Of a stretch of 64,000 bases of DNA, positions 13,010-55,383 are shown piece after piece. A program made the translations under genes and the position numbers. Source of the DNA: Nemertoderma westbladi (Eukaryota; Animalia; Xenacoelomorpha); contig JAUCBJ010007036.1 of assembly GCA_032718475.1 (NCBI GenBank), positions 1 to 64,000 of the forward strand, written 5' to 3'. The notes beneath the pieces were generated by a model. That model searched no databases. It had not been told where the DNA came from and saw only the letters and a program-made list of their open reading frames with translations. The first letter of the stretch is position 1; each line of letters opens with the position of its first letter.

Positions 13010-16000
13010 CTTCGTTTTAGATCACTAAGATCAGTAAGACCTCTCAACATGCAGCTTTGTTTTAGGTCACATGAAATTGCAACGTTAATTTAGGTCACAT
13101 TTACTTGCAATTTTGTTTTAGGTCACGTCTACTTGCAACTTTGTTTTAGGTGACATGCACTTGCAATTTTGTTTTAGATCACTTCACATGCAGCTTTGTT
13201 TTAGGTCACATGAAATTGCAACGTTAATTTAGGTCACATTTACTTGCAATTTTGTTTTAGATCACATCTACTTGCAACGTTGTTTTAGGTCACATGCACT
13301 TGCAATTTTGTTGTAGATCACTTCACATGCAGCTTTGTTTTAGGTCACATGAAATTGCAACGTTAATTTAGGTCACATTTACTTGCAATTTTGTTTTAGG
13401 TCACGTCTACTTGCAACGTTGTTTTAGGTGACATGCACTTGCAATTTTGTTTTAGATCACTTCACATGCAGCTTTGTTTTAGGTCACATGAAATTGCAAC
13501 GTTAATTTAGGTCACATTTACTTGCAATATTGTTTTAGGTCACGTCTACTTGCAACGTTGTTTTAGGTGACATGCACTTGCAATTTTGTTTTAGATCACT
13601 TCACATGCAGCTTTGTTTTAGGTCACATGAAATTGCAACGTTAATTTAGGTCACATTTACTTGCAATTTTGTTTTAGGTCACGTCTACTTGCAACGTTGT
13701 TTTAGGTGACATGCACTTGCAATTTTGTTTTAGATCACTTCACATGCAGCTTTGTTTTAGGTCACATGAAATTGCAACGTTAATTTAGGTCACATTTACT
13801 TGCAATATTGTTTTAGGTCACGTCTACTTGCAACGTTGTTTTAGGTGACATGCACTTGCAATTTTGTTTTAGATCACTTCACATGCAGCTTTGTTTTAGG
13901 TCACATGAAATTGCAACGTTAATTTAGGTCACATTTACTTGCAATTTTGTTTTAGGTCACGTCTACTTGCAACGTTGTTTTAGGTGACATGCACTTGCAA
14001 TTTTGTTTTAGATCACTTCACATGCAGCTTTGTTTTAGGTCACATGAAATTGCAACGTTAATTTAGGTCACATTTACTTGCAATATTGTTTTAGGTTACA
14101 TCTACTTGCAAAGTTGTTTTAGGTGACATGCACTTGCAACTTTGTTTTAGATCACCTCACATGCAGCTTTGTTTTAGGTCACATGAAATTGCATCGTTAA
14201 TTTAGGTCACATTTACTTGCAACCTTGTTTCAGATAACTTCACATGCAGCTTTGTTTTAGGTCACATTTACTTGCATCCTTGTTTCATTTAACTTCACAT
14301 GCAGCTTTGTTTTAGATCACATCTACTTGCAACGTTGTTGTAGGTCACATCACACGCAGCTTTGTTTTAGGTCACGTTTACTTGCATCCTTGTTTCATTT
14401 AACTTCACATGCAGCTTTGTTTTAGATCACATCTACTTGCAACGTTGTTTTAGGTCACATCACATGCAGCTTTGTTTTAGGTCACATTTACTTGCAACCT
14501 TGTTTCCGATAACTTCACATGCAGCTTTGTTTTAGATCACATCTACTTGCAACGTTGTTTTAGGTCACATCACATGCAGCTTTGTTTTAGGTCACATTTA
14601 CTTGCATCCTTGTTTCATTTAACTTCACATGCAGCTTTGTTTTAGATCACATCTACTTGCAACTTTGTTTTAGATCACATCACATGCAGCTTTGTTTTAG
14701 ATCACATCACGGGCAGTTTGTTTCAGATAACTTCACACGCAGCTTTGTTTTAGATCACATCTACATGCAACTTTGTTTTAGATCACTTCATATGCAGCTT
14801 TGTTTTAGAGATCACATCTAGGCAGCTTTGTTTTAGATCACATCACATGCAACGTTGTTTTAGGTGACATGCACTTGCAACTTTGTTTTAGATAACTTCA
14901 CAGGCAGCTTTGTTCTAGGTCACATGCACTATTGCAACTTTGTTTTAAATCACAAATCACAGGCAGTTTTGTTTATGTCACATCTACTTGTAAGTTGCAA
15001 CTTTATTTTATGACACATCTTCACGCAGCTTTGTTTTAGGTGACATCTCTGCTTGCAACATTGTTTTAGGTGATATGCACTTGCAACTTTGTTTTAGATC
15101 ACTACACATGCAGCTTTTGTTTTATGTCACATGTACTTGCAACTTTGTTTTAGATCACATCACATGCAGCTTTGTTTTAGATCACACATCACGGGCAGTT
15201 TGTTTCAGATAACTTCACATGCAGCTTTGTTTTAGATCACATCTACTTGAAACGTTGTTTTAGGTCACAGGCACTTGCAACATTGTTTTAGATCACATCA
15301 CAGACAACTTTGTTTTAGGTCACGTCTACTTGCAACGTTGTTTTAGGTCACATGCACTTGCAACTTTGTTTTAGATCACTTCACATGTAGCTTTGATTTA
15401 GGTCACATTAAATTTCAACTTTGTTTTAGATCACATCACAGACATCGTTGTTTTAGGTCACGTCTACTTGCAACGTTGTTTTAAATCACAGGCAGCTTTG
15501 TTTTAGGTCACATCTACTTATAAGTTGCAACTTTATTTTATGTCACATCTTCATGCAGCTTTGTTTTAGGTCACATCTCTGCTTGCAACGTTGTTTTAGG
15601 TGATATGCACATTGCAGCTTTGTTTTAGGTCACGTCTACTTGCAACGTTGTTTTAGGTCACATGCAGTTGCAACTTTGTTTTAGATCACATCACAGACAT
15701 CGTTGTTTTAGGTCACGTCTACTTGCAACGTTGTTTTAAATCACAGGCAGCTTTGTTTTAGGTCACATCTACTTATAAGTTGCAACTTTATTTTATGTCA
15801 CATCTTCATGCAGCTTTGTTTTAGGTCACATCTCTGCTTGCAACGTTGTTTTAGGTGATATGCACATTGCAGCTTTGTTTTAGGTCACGTCTACTTGCAA
15901 CGTTGTTTTAGGTCACATGCACTTGCAACTTTGTTTTAGATCACTTCACATGTAGCTTTGATTTAGGTCACATGCACTTGTAACTTTGTTTTAGATCACA

Positions 16001-17170
16001 TCACATGCAGCTTTGTTCTAGGTCACATGCACTTGCAACTTTGTTTTAAATCACAGGCAGCTTTGTTTTAGGTCACATCTACTTATAAGTTGCAACTTTA
16101 TTTTATGTCACATCTTCATGCAGCTTTGTTTTAGGTCACATCTCTGCTTGCAACGTTGTTTTAGGTGATATGCACATTGCAGCTTTGTTTTAGGTCACGT
16201 CTACTTGCAACGTTGTTTTAGGTCACATGCAGTTGCAACTTTGTTTTAGATCACATCACAGACATCGTTGTTTTAGGTCACATCTACTTGCAACGTTGTT
16301 TTAGGTTACATGCACTGGCAGCTTTGTTTTATATCACATCACATGCAGCTTTGTTTTAGGTCACATGCACTTGCAACTTTGTTTTAGATGACATCACATG
16401 CAGCTTTGTTCTAGGTCACATGCACTTGCAACTTTGTTTTAAATGACAGGCAGCTTTGTTTTAAGTAACATCTACTTGTAAGTTGCAAATTTATTTTATG
16501 TCACATCTTCATGCAGCTTTGTTTTAGGTCACATCTCTGCTTGCAACGTTGTTTTAGGTGATATGCACATTGTAGCGTTGGTTTAGGTCACATCTACTTG
16601 ATTTTAGGTCACACGCACTTGCAACTGTGTTTTAGATCGCATGCACTTTCATCTTTGTTTTAGAACACTTGGGTCACATGCAGCTTTGTTTTAGCTCACA
16701 TGCTCTGGCAAATTTGTTTTAGATTACATCACAGACAGCTTTGTTTTAGATCACTTCACATGCAGCTTTGTTTTAGGTCACATGAAATTGCAACTGTGTT
16801 GTAGATCACTTCACATGCAGCTTTGTTTTTGGTCACATGAAATAATTGCAACTGTGTTTTAGATCACATCACAGGCAGCTTTGTTTTAGGTGCTACTTTA
16901 GGTTCTACTTGCAAATGTATTTTATGTCACATCTTCTCGCAGCTTAATTTTAGGTCACATATTCATGCAGCTTCGTTTTATGTCACGTGAAATTGTTACT
17001 TTTTTGGATCACATCACAGGCAGCTCTGTTTTAGATCAGTTTTATCTAATCTGTTTTATCTGCTTGCAACGTTTTTAGGTTACATCCACCTGCAACTTTG
17101 TTTTGGATTATATCTACATGCAGCTTCGTTTAAGGTCAAATAAATTGTAACGTTTTTGGATCACATCGTT
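13010..17170. repeat. Satellite with a ~28-bp monomer and higher-order repeats
   Basis: Monomer ~CAACTTTGTTTTAGGTCACATGCACTTG. A 5-monomer, 139-bp HOR starts at 13052, 13191, 13330...; other HORs follow and the array decays after ~16550. Confidence 0.97.
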
Positions 17171-17299
17171 AATTAGCGATTTAATGATTTTGTACCAAAT
17201 CTGACATACTAGACATTTCAAACATCAGATGGTTTTTCTATTAAAAATGAAATATTTTAAGTCACAAACATTTTTGCTTTGATTTTGGTCATACATGTA

Positions 17300-17740
17300 G
17301 GGGTCGTCCATAAAGCACGTGCGAGGTAAGAGTGTCGGAGGTGGGTTTTCGAAATCCGGGTCTCTTCGGACAGGGGGAGGGAGTGGGGTTGTGGCTAAAA
17401 TAGGAGGTCCGATGTTTCTATAATTATTAATTTATCACTGTAACAAACGGGCTACCAGATTTACAATACAATACCAGTAGAGTCCGAATAAAGTACATAA
17501 CTTGGCCAGTTTGCTCACATTAGGTATTGGTTGGGAGCAGATCTTATTCATTATATCACAATATCGTTAATGCTAGACTACTGTTAGTACCGGGAGGATC
17601 ACCAAAAAGATAAACAGGCTACCGCTACTTCAAATAGTTTGAGATTTTAGGAAGATGGAGGAAAACGCAAAGGTTTGGCAAAAACCGGACTTGTTTGGAT
17701 GGACAGGGGGGGGGGGGGGGGGGGGTCCTTTATGGTTGAG
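17300..17740. mobile_element. Degenerate PIF/Harbinger-like MITE
   Basis: Left end GGGGTCGTCCATAAAGCACGT, decayed right end GTCCTTTATGG; internal GGACAGGGGG duplicated. Confidence 0.5.
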
Positions 17741-18359
17741 ATTTATACAAAGATAAAATTGTTATACAAAAGAGCATTCGGGGACCTTTAAACAGAAACA
17801 TCCGGTGTGTAATCATGTAAACAGATCGTTAAACGAGATAGAAACAATCAGAGATTGAAAGTATCGAAAAATATGATATACAAATTTAATATGACGGCGT
17901 TTGTATAATTAGACAATAGGAATGTTAACAACTCATCACCAATTCACGGATTAAATAATGTATTAATGTATATAGTAAGTAATTTTATTAATTTACACAT
18001 AGCTTCTTACAAATATTAAATATTACAAGCTATTATATTACAAAATATTAAATAAATATTACAATATTACACTCCATTAAAGATGAACAGAAGTTGCTGA
18101 GAAAAAAAGCATTTTTAAAAAAGCGTGACCAAGATATTGTGATGTAACATGACCTGCTATATTTAGTAACAATATATTACAACTATACTACTATATATAC
18201 TAATAAAATAATAGTGGTTTTAGTCAAGATAGAAACAGGTATAACAAAAAAACATTACAGTAGAAAATAAAATCAAATTCGCCACCACAAAAACTAACTA
18301 AGGTTCACATGTAATACAATATTATTATATTGCCCTTAGATAATAAGGCAGCGATATAA

Positions 18360-20170
18360 ATACTGGTAAACTGTCCTCAATAAATAACCCATTGGTACAA
18401 CTAATGATATACTGTCCACAGTAAATAACCCATCGGTACAACTAATGGTATACTATCCTATGTAAATAACCCAGTGGTACAACTAATGGTATACTGTCCT
18501 CTGTAGATAACCCAGTGGTACAACTAATGGTATACTATCCACAGTAGATAACCCAGTGGTACAACTAATGGTATACTGTCCTCTGTAAATAACCCAGTGG
18601 TACAACTAATGGTATATTGTTATCAGTTAATGACCCCGTTGTACCACTAATGGTATACTGTCCTCAGTAAATAACCCAGTGGTACAACTAATGGTATACT
18701 GTCCACAGTAAATAACCCAGTGGTACACCAAATGGTATATTATCCGCATTAAATGACACAATGGTACAACTAATGGTATACTATCCTCATTAAATGACAC
18801 TGTGGTACAACTAATGGTATACTGTCCACAGTAAATAACCCAGTGGTACAACTAATGGTATACTGTCCTCTGTAGATAACCCAGTGGTACAACTAATGGT
18901 ATACTGTCCTCAGTAAATAACCCAGTGGTACAACTTATGGTATACTGTCCTCAGTAAATAACCCAGTGGTACAACTAAAGGTATACTGTCCTCAGTAAAT
19001 AACCCAGTGGTACAACTAAAGGTATACTGTCCTCTGCAGATAACCCAGTGGTACAACTAAAGATATACTGTCCTCTGCAGATAACCCAGTGGTATAACTA
19101 ATGGTATACTGTCCTCCGTAAATAACCCAGTGGTACAACTAAAGGTATACTGTCCTCTGCAGATAACCCAGTGGTGCAACTAATGGTATACTGTCATATA
19201 CCTCTTTAAATACTGGTACAACTAAAGGTATACTGTCCTCTGCAGATAACCCAGTGGTGTAACTAATGGTATACTGTCCTCCGTAAATAACCCAGTGGTA
19301 CAACTAAAGGTATACTGTCCTCTGCAGATAACCCAGTGGTGCAACTAATGGTATACTGTCATATACCTCATTAAATGACAACGTGGTACAACTAATGGTA
19401 TACTGTCCACAGTAAATAACCCAGTGGTACAACTAATGGTATACTGTCCTAGGTAAATAACACAGTGGTACAACTAATGGTATACCGTCCTCAGTAAATA
19501 ACCCAGTGGTACAACTAATGGTATACTGTCCTCTGTAAATATCCCAGTGGTACAACTAATGGTATACTGTCCGAGGTAAATAACACAGTGGTACAACTAA
19601 TGGTATACCGTCCTCAGTAAATAACCCAGTGGTATAACTAATGGTATACTATCCTCATTAAATGACACCGTGGTACAACTAATGGTATACTGTCCACAGT
19701 AAATAACCCAGTGGTACAACTAATGGTATACTATCCTCATTAAATGACACCGTGGTACAACTAATGGTATACTGTCCACAGTAAATAACCCAGTGGTACA
19801 ACTAATGGTATACTGTCCTCTGTAGATAACCCATTGGTACAACTAATGGTATACTGTCCTCTGTAGATAACCCATTGGTACAACTAATGGTATACCGCCC
19901 TCAGTAAATAACCCAGTGGTACAACTAATGGTATACTATCCTCATTAAATGACACCGTGGTACAACTAATGGTATACTGTCCACAGTAAATAACCCATTG
20001 GTACAACTAATGGTATACTGTCCTCTGTAGATAACCCATTGGTACAACTAATGGTATACCGCCCTCAGTAAATAACCCAGTGGTACAACTAATGGTATAC
20101 TATCCTCATTAAATGACACCGTGGTACAACTAATGGTATACTGTTATCAGTCAATGACCCCGTTGTACCA
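18360..20170. repeat. 41-bp minisatellite, ~44 copies, downstream of the PI3K stop codon
   Basis: Unit CAGTGGTACAACTAATGGTATACTGTCCTCAGTAAATAACC. Confidence 0.97.
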
Positions 20171-20686
20171 CACCACAACTGATATTGCATCTTGTAGCCT
20201 CTATGTACACCAGGTCGCAGACAAATTTCAATAAGATCATTTACATAAAAAAAAACAATATAAAAAGAACGTTATATCTGTTAATTTAATTGCATTATTA
20301 AACGTATTGTTTGTGGCTGCGGGTAAAGGTATGGGCAGTTTCCATTTAATAAATATTTATATTTACTTTATTCTAGAAAAATACAAAATGCATTTTGAAC
20401 TGCAAAAAATGTCAAAGGCGGATAAACAAAGAACAAAAACATTCCATTCCAACGATCTTCGTCATTCAACATTTGTGCGGGTTTTATCATAAATAGATAA
20501 AAAAAACCGGAACCGAGTGCATGGATAACTCCGTAACTAGAATAAGCCTAAACTGAAACAAACAATTAAAACTGGCATATTTGCTATTGTACATAGTTTT
20601 AAGTCTACAGCACCTTATAGTAGAAACATTCGTGAACTGATCATTATAGCACATCGCTGATTATTAATTAGGCCGCCACGTGGTTA

Positions 20687-49551
<28,865 letters not shown>

Positions 49552-49830
49552 ATTTTATATTCAGTGTTTCTTTATATTAGCATCGGTAGGTAATGAGGCA
49601 ATAATTAACTGTTGTTGGGATTACAAATTAGCAGGTTAATGATATTAAGTACCAGAGTTAATCAGTTAATGATCCTGATGAGTTTGCCAGAGTTTCCATT
49701 TTCATCTTGTAGATATTCTGTCTTTCCGTCTTTGATTAAACATATACGTTTTTAAAGCATATTACTGTATTGAACAGTTGTATTATATCACTAAACAACT
49801 ACAATTATTTCTGAAAACGGTTAAAAAATT

Positions 49831-49840
49831 CCACTTCCGG
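49831..49840 (-). promoter_or_regulatory. ETS-type site CCGGAAGTGG, candidate PI3K promoter
   Basis: Consensus ETS motif ~280 bp upstream of the ATG, at the edge of a TAGGCCTA cluster; function is inferred. Confidence 0.35.
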
Positions 49841-50559
49841 TACGACTACTTTTACAGCTTTCAGGCCATCAGGTTTTACATACTCAGATACTACTGTACG
49901 TAGGCCTACATGTTCTAGGGGTGTAGGGTAAGGCGTAAGGGTCAGAGACAGAGGGTCCGCATGGTGTATGAATGGCATAGGCCTACACTACCTGACTAGC
50001 CTACGCATCTACGGTATAGGCCTATGCCATATGCAGATATGGCAAGTACACTACAACACTATGCCCAGATGCCTACTGGCCTAGCTGCCTATCAGCCTAT
50101 TGCAGTAGTGTGTTTTCATTTGGTGTTGTGGCTTAATTTGGATTTTATTTTGGTAAGCAGGTAAGACTATAAGGCAAAGGCAGTAAGGGTTAATTGGTTA
50201 GGCCTAGGCCTCAAGCCCCTCACCTCACTGCCTCAGCCCTAATTAATACTGCGTCTGTGAGCCATGCTTCCATGTAATAGGCCTATTGTAATGACGTTAA
50301 TGTCATGGAACCCTAACTCTGACTCTGCTCTGAGTCACAATCACAAACATTTAGCGAAATATTGACATTGGGCAGTTGGGTAGGCCTATTGCCATACATG
50401 CCATAGAAGCGCGCGCAGGTAGGCCGGATTCCCGATTTCAGAACCATGTCTCTGGCTGTCTTGTCTGCTTGTACAGTTTTAAGCAGTAACCATACTGCCA
50501 TAACCACTAAGTGCCAGTAGCCAGTCTGCCAGTGCACGTAAATTTCAATTCAGTTATAG

Positions 50560-50785
50560 TTCATATCCGTACCTGTGGTATTTTCGTATTGCAAAAATAA
50601 GACTATAAGTATGAAATACCCTATGTTATTGAGATATTGTTTATTGTTTTGGTTAGAAAAGCCCACCACTGTAACCTGCTCCTTTCCGTTAATTAAGTAA
50701 TGGAGATTAGTTTATTGTTTTGGTTAGAAAACACCACCACTGTCAGACTGTAACCTGCTTCTTTTGCCACAGGTACGCATATGAA
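50560..50785. mobile_element. Small MITE (~225 bp)
   Basis: Inverted ends TTCATATCCGTACCTGTGG / CCACAGGTACGCATATGAA (1 mismatch). Confidence 0.7.
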
Positions 50786-52639
50786 TGATAACCTTCAATT
50801 CTAATCATAAGTAAGCCTACGCGCTACGCACGCACGCACGCCTGCCTACCCAGCTACCACTGCAACTGTAACACTGCAGCACACTGGACTGCTGGCACAG
50901 CACTGCTGCAGCTGCATAGACCTGTAGATGGTAGATAATAGCCTTCCATAGCATTAAACATGCAACGTAATTGATCCAAAAAAAACTACCAGTCGCAGTC
51001 AGTAGCATCTACCTACGCTCTACCTAACCTACACTAAAACAACAAATGGGTAAAAGCTAAATCACACACTGACACTCAAATCCAGAAATCTGAAAACATT
51101 ACAGCATTAATCAATAGGTTAAGGCCTAGTCATCCTCCACGCACTGAATTACAGCAAATACTAAATATACACAATACCACAAAGCAGTGAGTCAATCGCT
51201 ATTATATATTAACAACCCATGTCCCTTATCGATTGATAGACAGAATACACAACAGAACCGGTACCTGTTTAGCTATTGGATAGCTGCCCAGCTGTTAACC
51301 TCAACTCCAACCAATCAATAACGGAATCACATAAGGGCCTTCTTGTATTCGTATTGATTGGAGGATGGTTTCTGTTACTGTGTAAAGACAAATATCGCTA
51401 GTGGGGTGAGGCATGTAACTGGTAAAGCTATCAGCGAACCATATTAGCATTAGGGTGACGTCCGTTCCATATACAGTAGTATGTCTAACACAGTTAAACT
51501 TTGGGCACATCCATTTTCGGAATTCTGACATTAAGAAGAAAAGCTAAAATAATGTTATCTATTCACTTGCATTATTGTTCATTTCATGTTAAATTGGTAA
51601 ATTTAAGTTTCCCCTTAGGCCTACCGTTTCATAAAGGCGGATGTTGCAATTTCGCTATAAATACTGTATATGTTATATGCACTCTAGTAATGTACTGTAT
51701 ATCATATTTGTAGGCCTACAGTACGCACGCGTATTGTACCTGTCTACTCCATCTTCCTTATAGTGCGGTTATAATCTACCGGTACTTCCCTTTTATGTCG
51801 GTGCCAAGTATGGGTGTATTAGTTTATGTACAGTAGAATACACTGTATAATAAACTAGTGCCAATCACATTTTTGTCTATATTACACATTTCAATATTTT
51901 CCAAAATGTGTTTCTGTAGTAAACGTGTGATGTGCAATTACTTTTAATTGTCAACATTTAAAATAAATTCTCATGCAATTACAATACTATTGTACTTAAC
52001 AGGTCAATTTAAATGGGGTCGACTTTAATTAAAGTAAAAATATATAAAACGATCATTAACTCTTTCGAAATCAATCAATTTCTTGACACAATTTAAAATA
52101 TTAATTCTCCAACAGGTAAATTATAATTATACAACTTTTATTGACCACACAGTTCAATTTACACATGACCCGTAATAGAGTTTGTGTAATTTCTTTTATT
52201 ACAGGTTGTACCACCCCTATATTTTTCTACAAATCTTTATCATAGGCCTATTGCTTGAAACTTTCCTACTGGGGATATAACTCATGCAGTTTTTATGCAC
52301 CAGTCTCTTCGAACACTCTGATACAACCATTAAAATCGCTCTATGTAGGCCTATACCCGACATAGTGAGTTATTTATTCATATATTTATTATATTACTAT
52401 TAATTATTATTTAATTCAATAATTTTACTTTTAACAATTTTTGTAATTTTATTATCCATGAGGATAAATAAAGCCAAGATTTATTATTTGGAATTTGAAA
52501 TACAACTAATTCAAATCACCGCCAATAAATCCGAAATTTTCGATTTTGTAGAAGCGTTACTGGTACAAAAAAGTGAGTTGCGAAATTGCACCCTTCGTAT
52601 CGCGGCCATTCTTCAAATAGCCGCGATTTTGTTTTATAT

Positions 52640-53100
52640 CCATTAGAAATAAGCTTACATAGTAAGGATTTCAAATTTTTTAACAATGCAGGCGGAGTTT
52701 TGCTGAGAAACAGTTGAGATATGGGCATTTAAAGATTGTAAGTATAATCGTTCGCTGAAGGGCGTTTTTATTATATTTATTAATAATGCACACAATTGTG
52801 TCAACATTTTGACATTATGTTTATGTGTCCGGCCACTCAGGAGCTAAATAACACGTTCCAGAATGTTTTTCATATATTAAATAAAATATAAGATCTCGAG
52901 CAAACGATAGTTCTTTTAATACAGTATTTGAATATTCCAATATTTCAGTTGTTTCTCAACGAAACGCAGACATTGTTACATATTTGGAATCCTTGCAAAG
53001 CTACACAGTACTAAAGCTTTCTATATACACAGTTTAAAAGGAACAAACGGTGAAATTATGCAAAATCAACTTTGCCAAAACGATTATAAAAAAATATTAA
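52640..53100. mobile_element. Degenerate fold-back repeat; related copy at ~37060-37320
   Basis: TGTTTCTCAA..AAA..CAGA.A.TGT.ACATATTTGGAATCCTTGC is shared at ~37170 and ~52950, with an inverted copy at ~52660-52780. Confidence 0.55.
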
Positions 53101-53366
53101 AGACGAATCGAAAGTTCTGGCCTCGTGTGGATATTCAACGGTGGGTTAAAACTAGGCCTACTATTGTGTCTCAAATTTTAAGAAATATGAGAAATATTTG
53201 TGGAAAAATATGGAGGAAAAATATCCGTTTCATAAGCATGATAAAATTACACTATATTACCGGTCACGTTGACTGTAATAGTAATAGGCCTATAGAAGAT
53301 TTATAATGTAGTTAATTATAAACAAATCAACAAAGGAATTCGTTTCACATTATAGGCCGGGGAATT

Positions 53367-55049
53367 ATGAATAAAGCTTGGATTCATAATGAGCTACCGC
53401 GGTGGATTCTCATTGGTTGTTGGGTAATTATCAACCTTGGATTATTCATTTCAACCTTCCTCAAATACAGCCTCGCTAAACCGAACCTCTACCTGGTACA
53501 ATTGACCGGGTATAGTTTGCCCTTATCTCGCGCAAGCGCCAGCTGTCTCAATTTCAACTGCTGCCTTATCATTCTCCCCGTGTGTAGGAACCTTATATCT
53601 TTCGTGAGGACTACAGTCGGACCCAATTGTTTCCGGAATTTCGGACGACTTCTCGACCATAACATATCTTACCACAAGTTCCTAGGATATGCAGTGTTGC
53701 TTCTTTCAGCAGTTCATATTTACGCCCACTGTTACAATTTTATTGGTCTTGTTGAATCCTGGGATCCTAAAAACACTGTCAATCATGCACTTAGCTCCCT
53801 TCCTACAGTGATTAACGGCACCCACATCAACCCAGTTCGTCAGGCGAACTCGAAACCCTTATTCGAGGTTTTCAAACACTGGCCCGGATATTCTGGAATC
53901 GTCATAACAATAGCTCTGGTGGTCATAGTAACCTCTAGTACTGAGTTAATTCGACGATCGTATTTCGAATTGTTCTGGTATTCACATCACATGTTCGTAG
54001 TCTTCTATATTGGGTTCGTCGTTCATGGTATTCAAGGTTTGGTGCGTTTCGAGGCAAACACAGAGGAAAACGATCCCGAAATATGCAAAGATCAGATCGA
54101 TAAATGGTCGGACGATGTGAATTCTGTTTGTAAGAATGCTGTTTTTGCACGAACGTCACCTTCTTCGTGGATGTGGGTTCTCATACCGATAATATTATAC
54201 ATTCTAGAACGAATACTGAGATTCGCAAGGAGCTTACGCCCTTATAAAGTTTTAAAGGTTGTATTCCATCAGTCGCAAGTCGTCGAAATAGTTCTTCAGA
54301 AAAAGGAAGGTTTTGTGATTCATTCAGGCCAGTATTGCTTCATTCAGTGCAAAGAAATCTCTCGTTTCGAATGGCACCCGTTTACCCTGACCTCATCGAC
54401 TCAGGATGATTTCCTCGGGTTTCATATACGAAACGAAGGCGATTGGACCGGCGAGTTGATCGATCGAATGAAATCCCCCAATCCTCCGAATCTCGCATTG
54501 GACGGCCCTTTCGGTACGTCAAGCGAAGATATTTTTCGTTACACCGTGGCCATTTGCGTGGCCACCGGAATCGGGGTTACACCTTTCGCTTCACTTCTAA
54601 AGACGATTCACCACCGCATAAATTCAAATTCCGAATTAATTAAATTAAAAGTTATATATTTTATCTGGGTTTGTCGCGATATGAGGGCGTTCGAATGGTT
54701 CGCAGATCTCTTGCGTTCGTTGGAAGAAGACATGAGATCGACCGGACTTATTCGACTTGTGTACAAGATTCATCTATCACGCGGCTGGAACAACGAGAAA
54801 GCGAAAGAAATCTACGGTCATCGCTTCTCCGAATTCGACGATGTCACCGGATTGGCGCATAAGACCCAATACGGACGGCCAGAGTTCGACAGGTTGTTCG
54901 AGGACGTTGCCAACGAACAGAAAGGAAAACACATCGGTGTTTTCTGTTGCGGTGCGGCAGCTGTCACCAAACAGCTGAAAGACATCGCGAAACGCAGATC
55001 CGACACGGAAACTGATACTATATTTTTCTTCAACAAGGAAAACTTTTAA
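53367..55049 (+). CDS. nox2: NADPH oxidase, NOX2/gp91phox (NOX1-3)-like, 560 aa, intronless CDS
   Basis: Heme His pairs HKFLGYAVLLLSAVH and FWYSHH...VVHG; FAD motif EWHPFTLTS; NADPH motifs DGPFG, GIGVTPFAS, VFCCG; C-terminal FNKENF; no EF-hands. AATAAA overlaps the stop codon. Confidence 0.95.
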   Translation: MNKAWIHNELPRWILIGCWVIINLGLFISTFLKYSLAKPNLYLVQLTGYSLPLSRASASCLNFNCCLIILPVCRNLISFVRTTVGPNCFRNFGRLLDHNISYHKFLGYAVLLLSAVHIYAHCYNFIGLVESWDPKNTVNHALSSLPTVINGTHINPVRQANSKPLFEVFKHWPGYSGIVITIALVVIVTSSTELIRRSYFELFWYSHHMFVVFYIGFVVHGIQGLVRFEANTEENDPEICKDQIDKWSDDVNSVCKNAVFARTSPSSWMWVLIPIILYILERILRFARSLRPYKVLKVVFHQSQVVEIVLQKKEGFVIHSGQYCFIQCKEISRFEWHPFTLTSSTQDDFLGFHIRNEGDWTGELIDRMKSPNPPNLALDGPFGTSSEDIFRYTVAICVATGIGVTPFASLLKTIHHRINSNSELIKLKVIYFIWVCRDMRAFEWFADLLRSLEEDMRSTGLIRLVYKIHLSRGWNNEKAKEIYGHRFSEFDDVTGLAHKTQYGRPEFDRLFEDVANEQKGKHIGVFCCGAAAVTKQLKDIAKRRSDTETDTIFFFNKENF

Positions 55050-55192
55050 TAAAATATTATTAATTATTTGCATTGATATATTTATTTTTAATTATTATTT
55101 TTTTTCTATTGATAATCGTTTAGTATATTATCCCACATGGGTAAAACTATAAAATAATGTAGTGGATAAATTGGTGATCTTACAATTCATTT

Positions 55193-55383
55193 ACTTTTTC
55201 GGTATTGGGGCCCCATTTTTTGGATATTTTTTACTAGCTAGTAATTTTTGGAAATTATTTTGGTCATTAATATATTCTTCAACAGTTTAACCTTAAATAT
55301 CATGGACTTTCACATTTTTATAATTTATAAAAATACTAGCTAGCAAAAATATCCAAAAAATGGGGCCCCAATACCGAAAAAGT
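55193..55383. mobile_element. Palindromic MITE (~190 bp) just 3' of NOX
   Basis: ~55-bp inverted repeats ACTTTTTCGGTATTGGGGCCCCATTTTTTGGATATTTTT...CTAGCTAGTA / TACTAGCTAG...AAAAATATCCAAAAAATGGGGCCCCAATACCGAAAAAGT. Confidence 0.8.
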
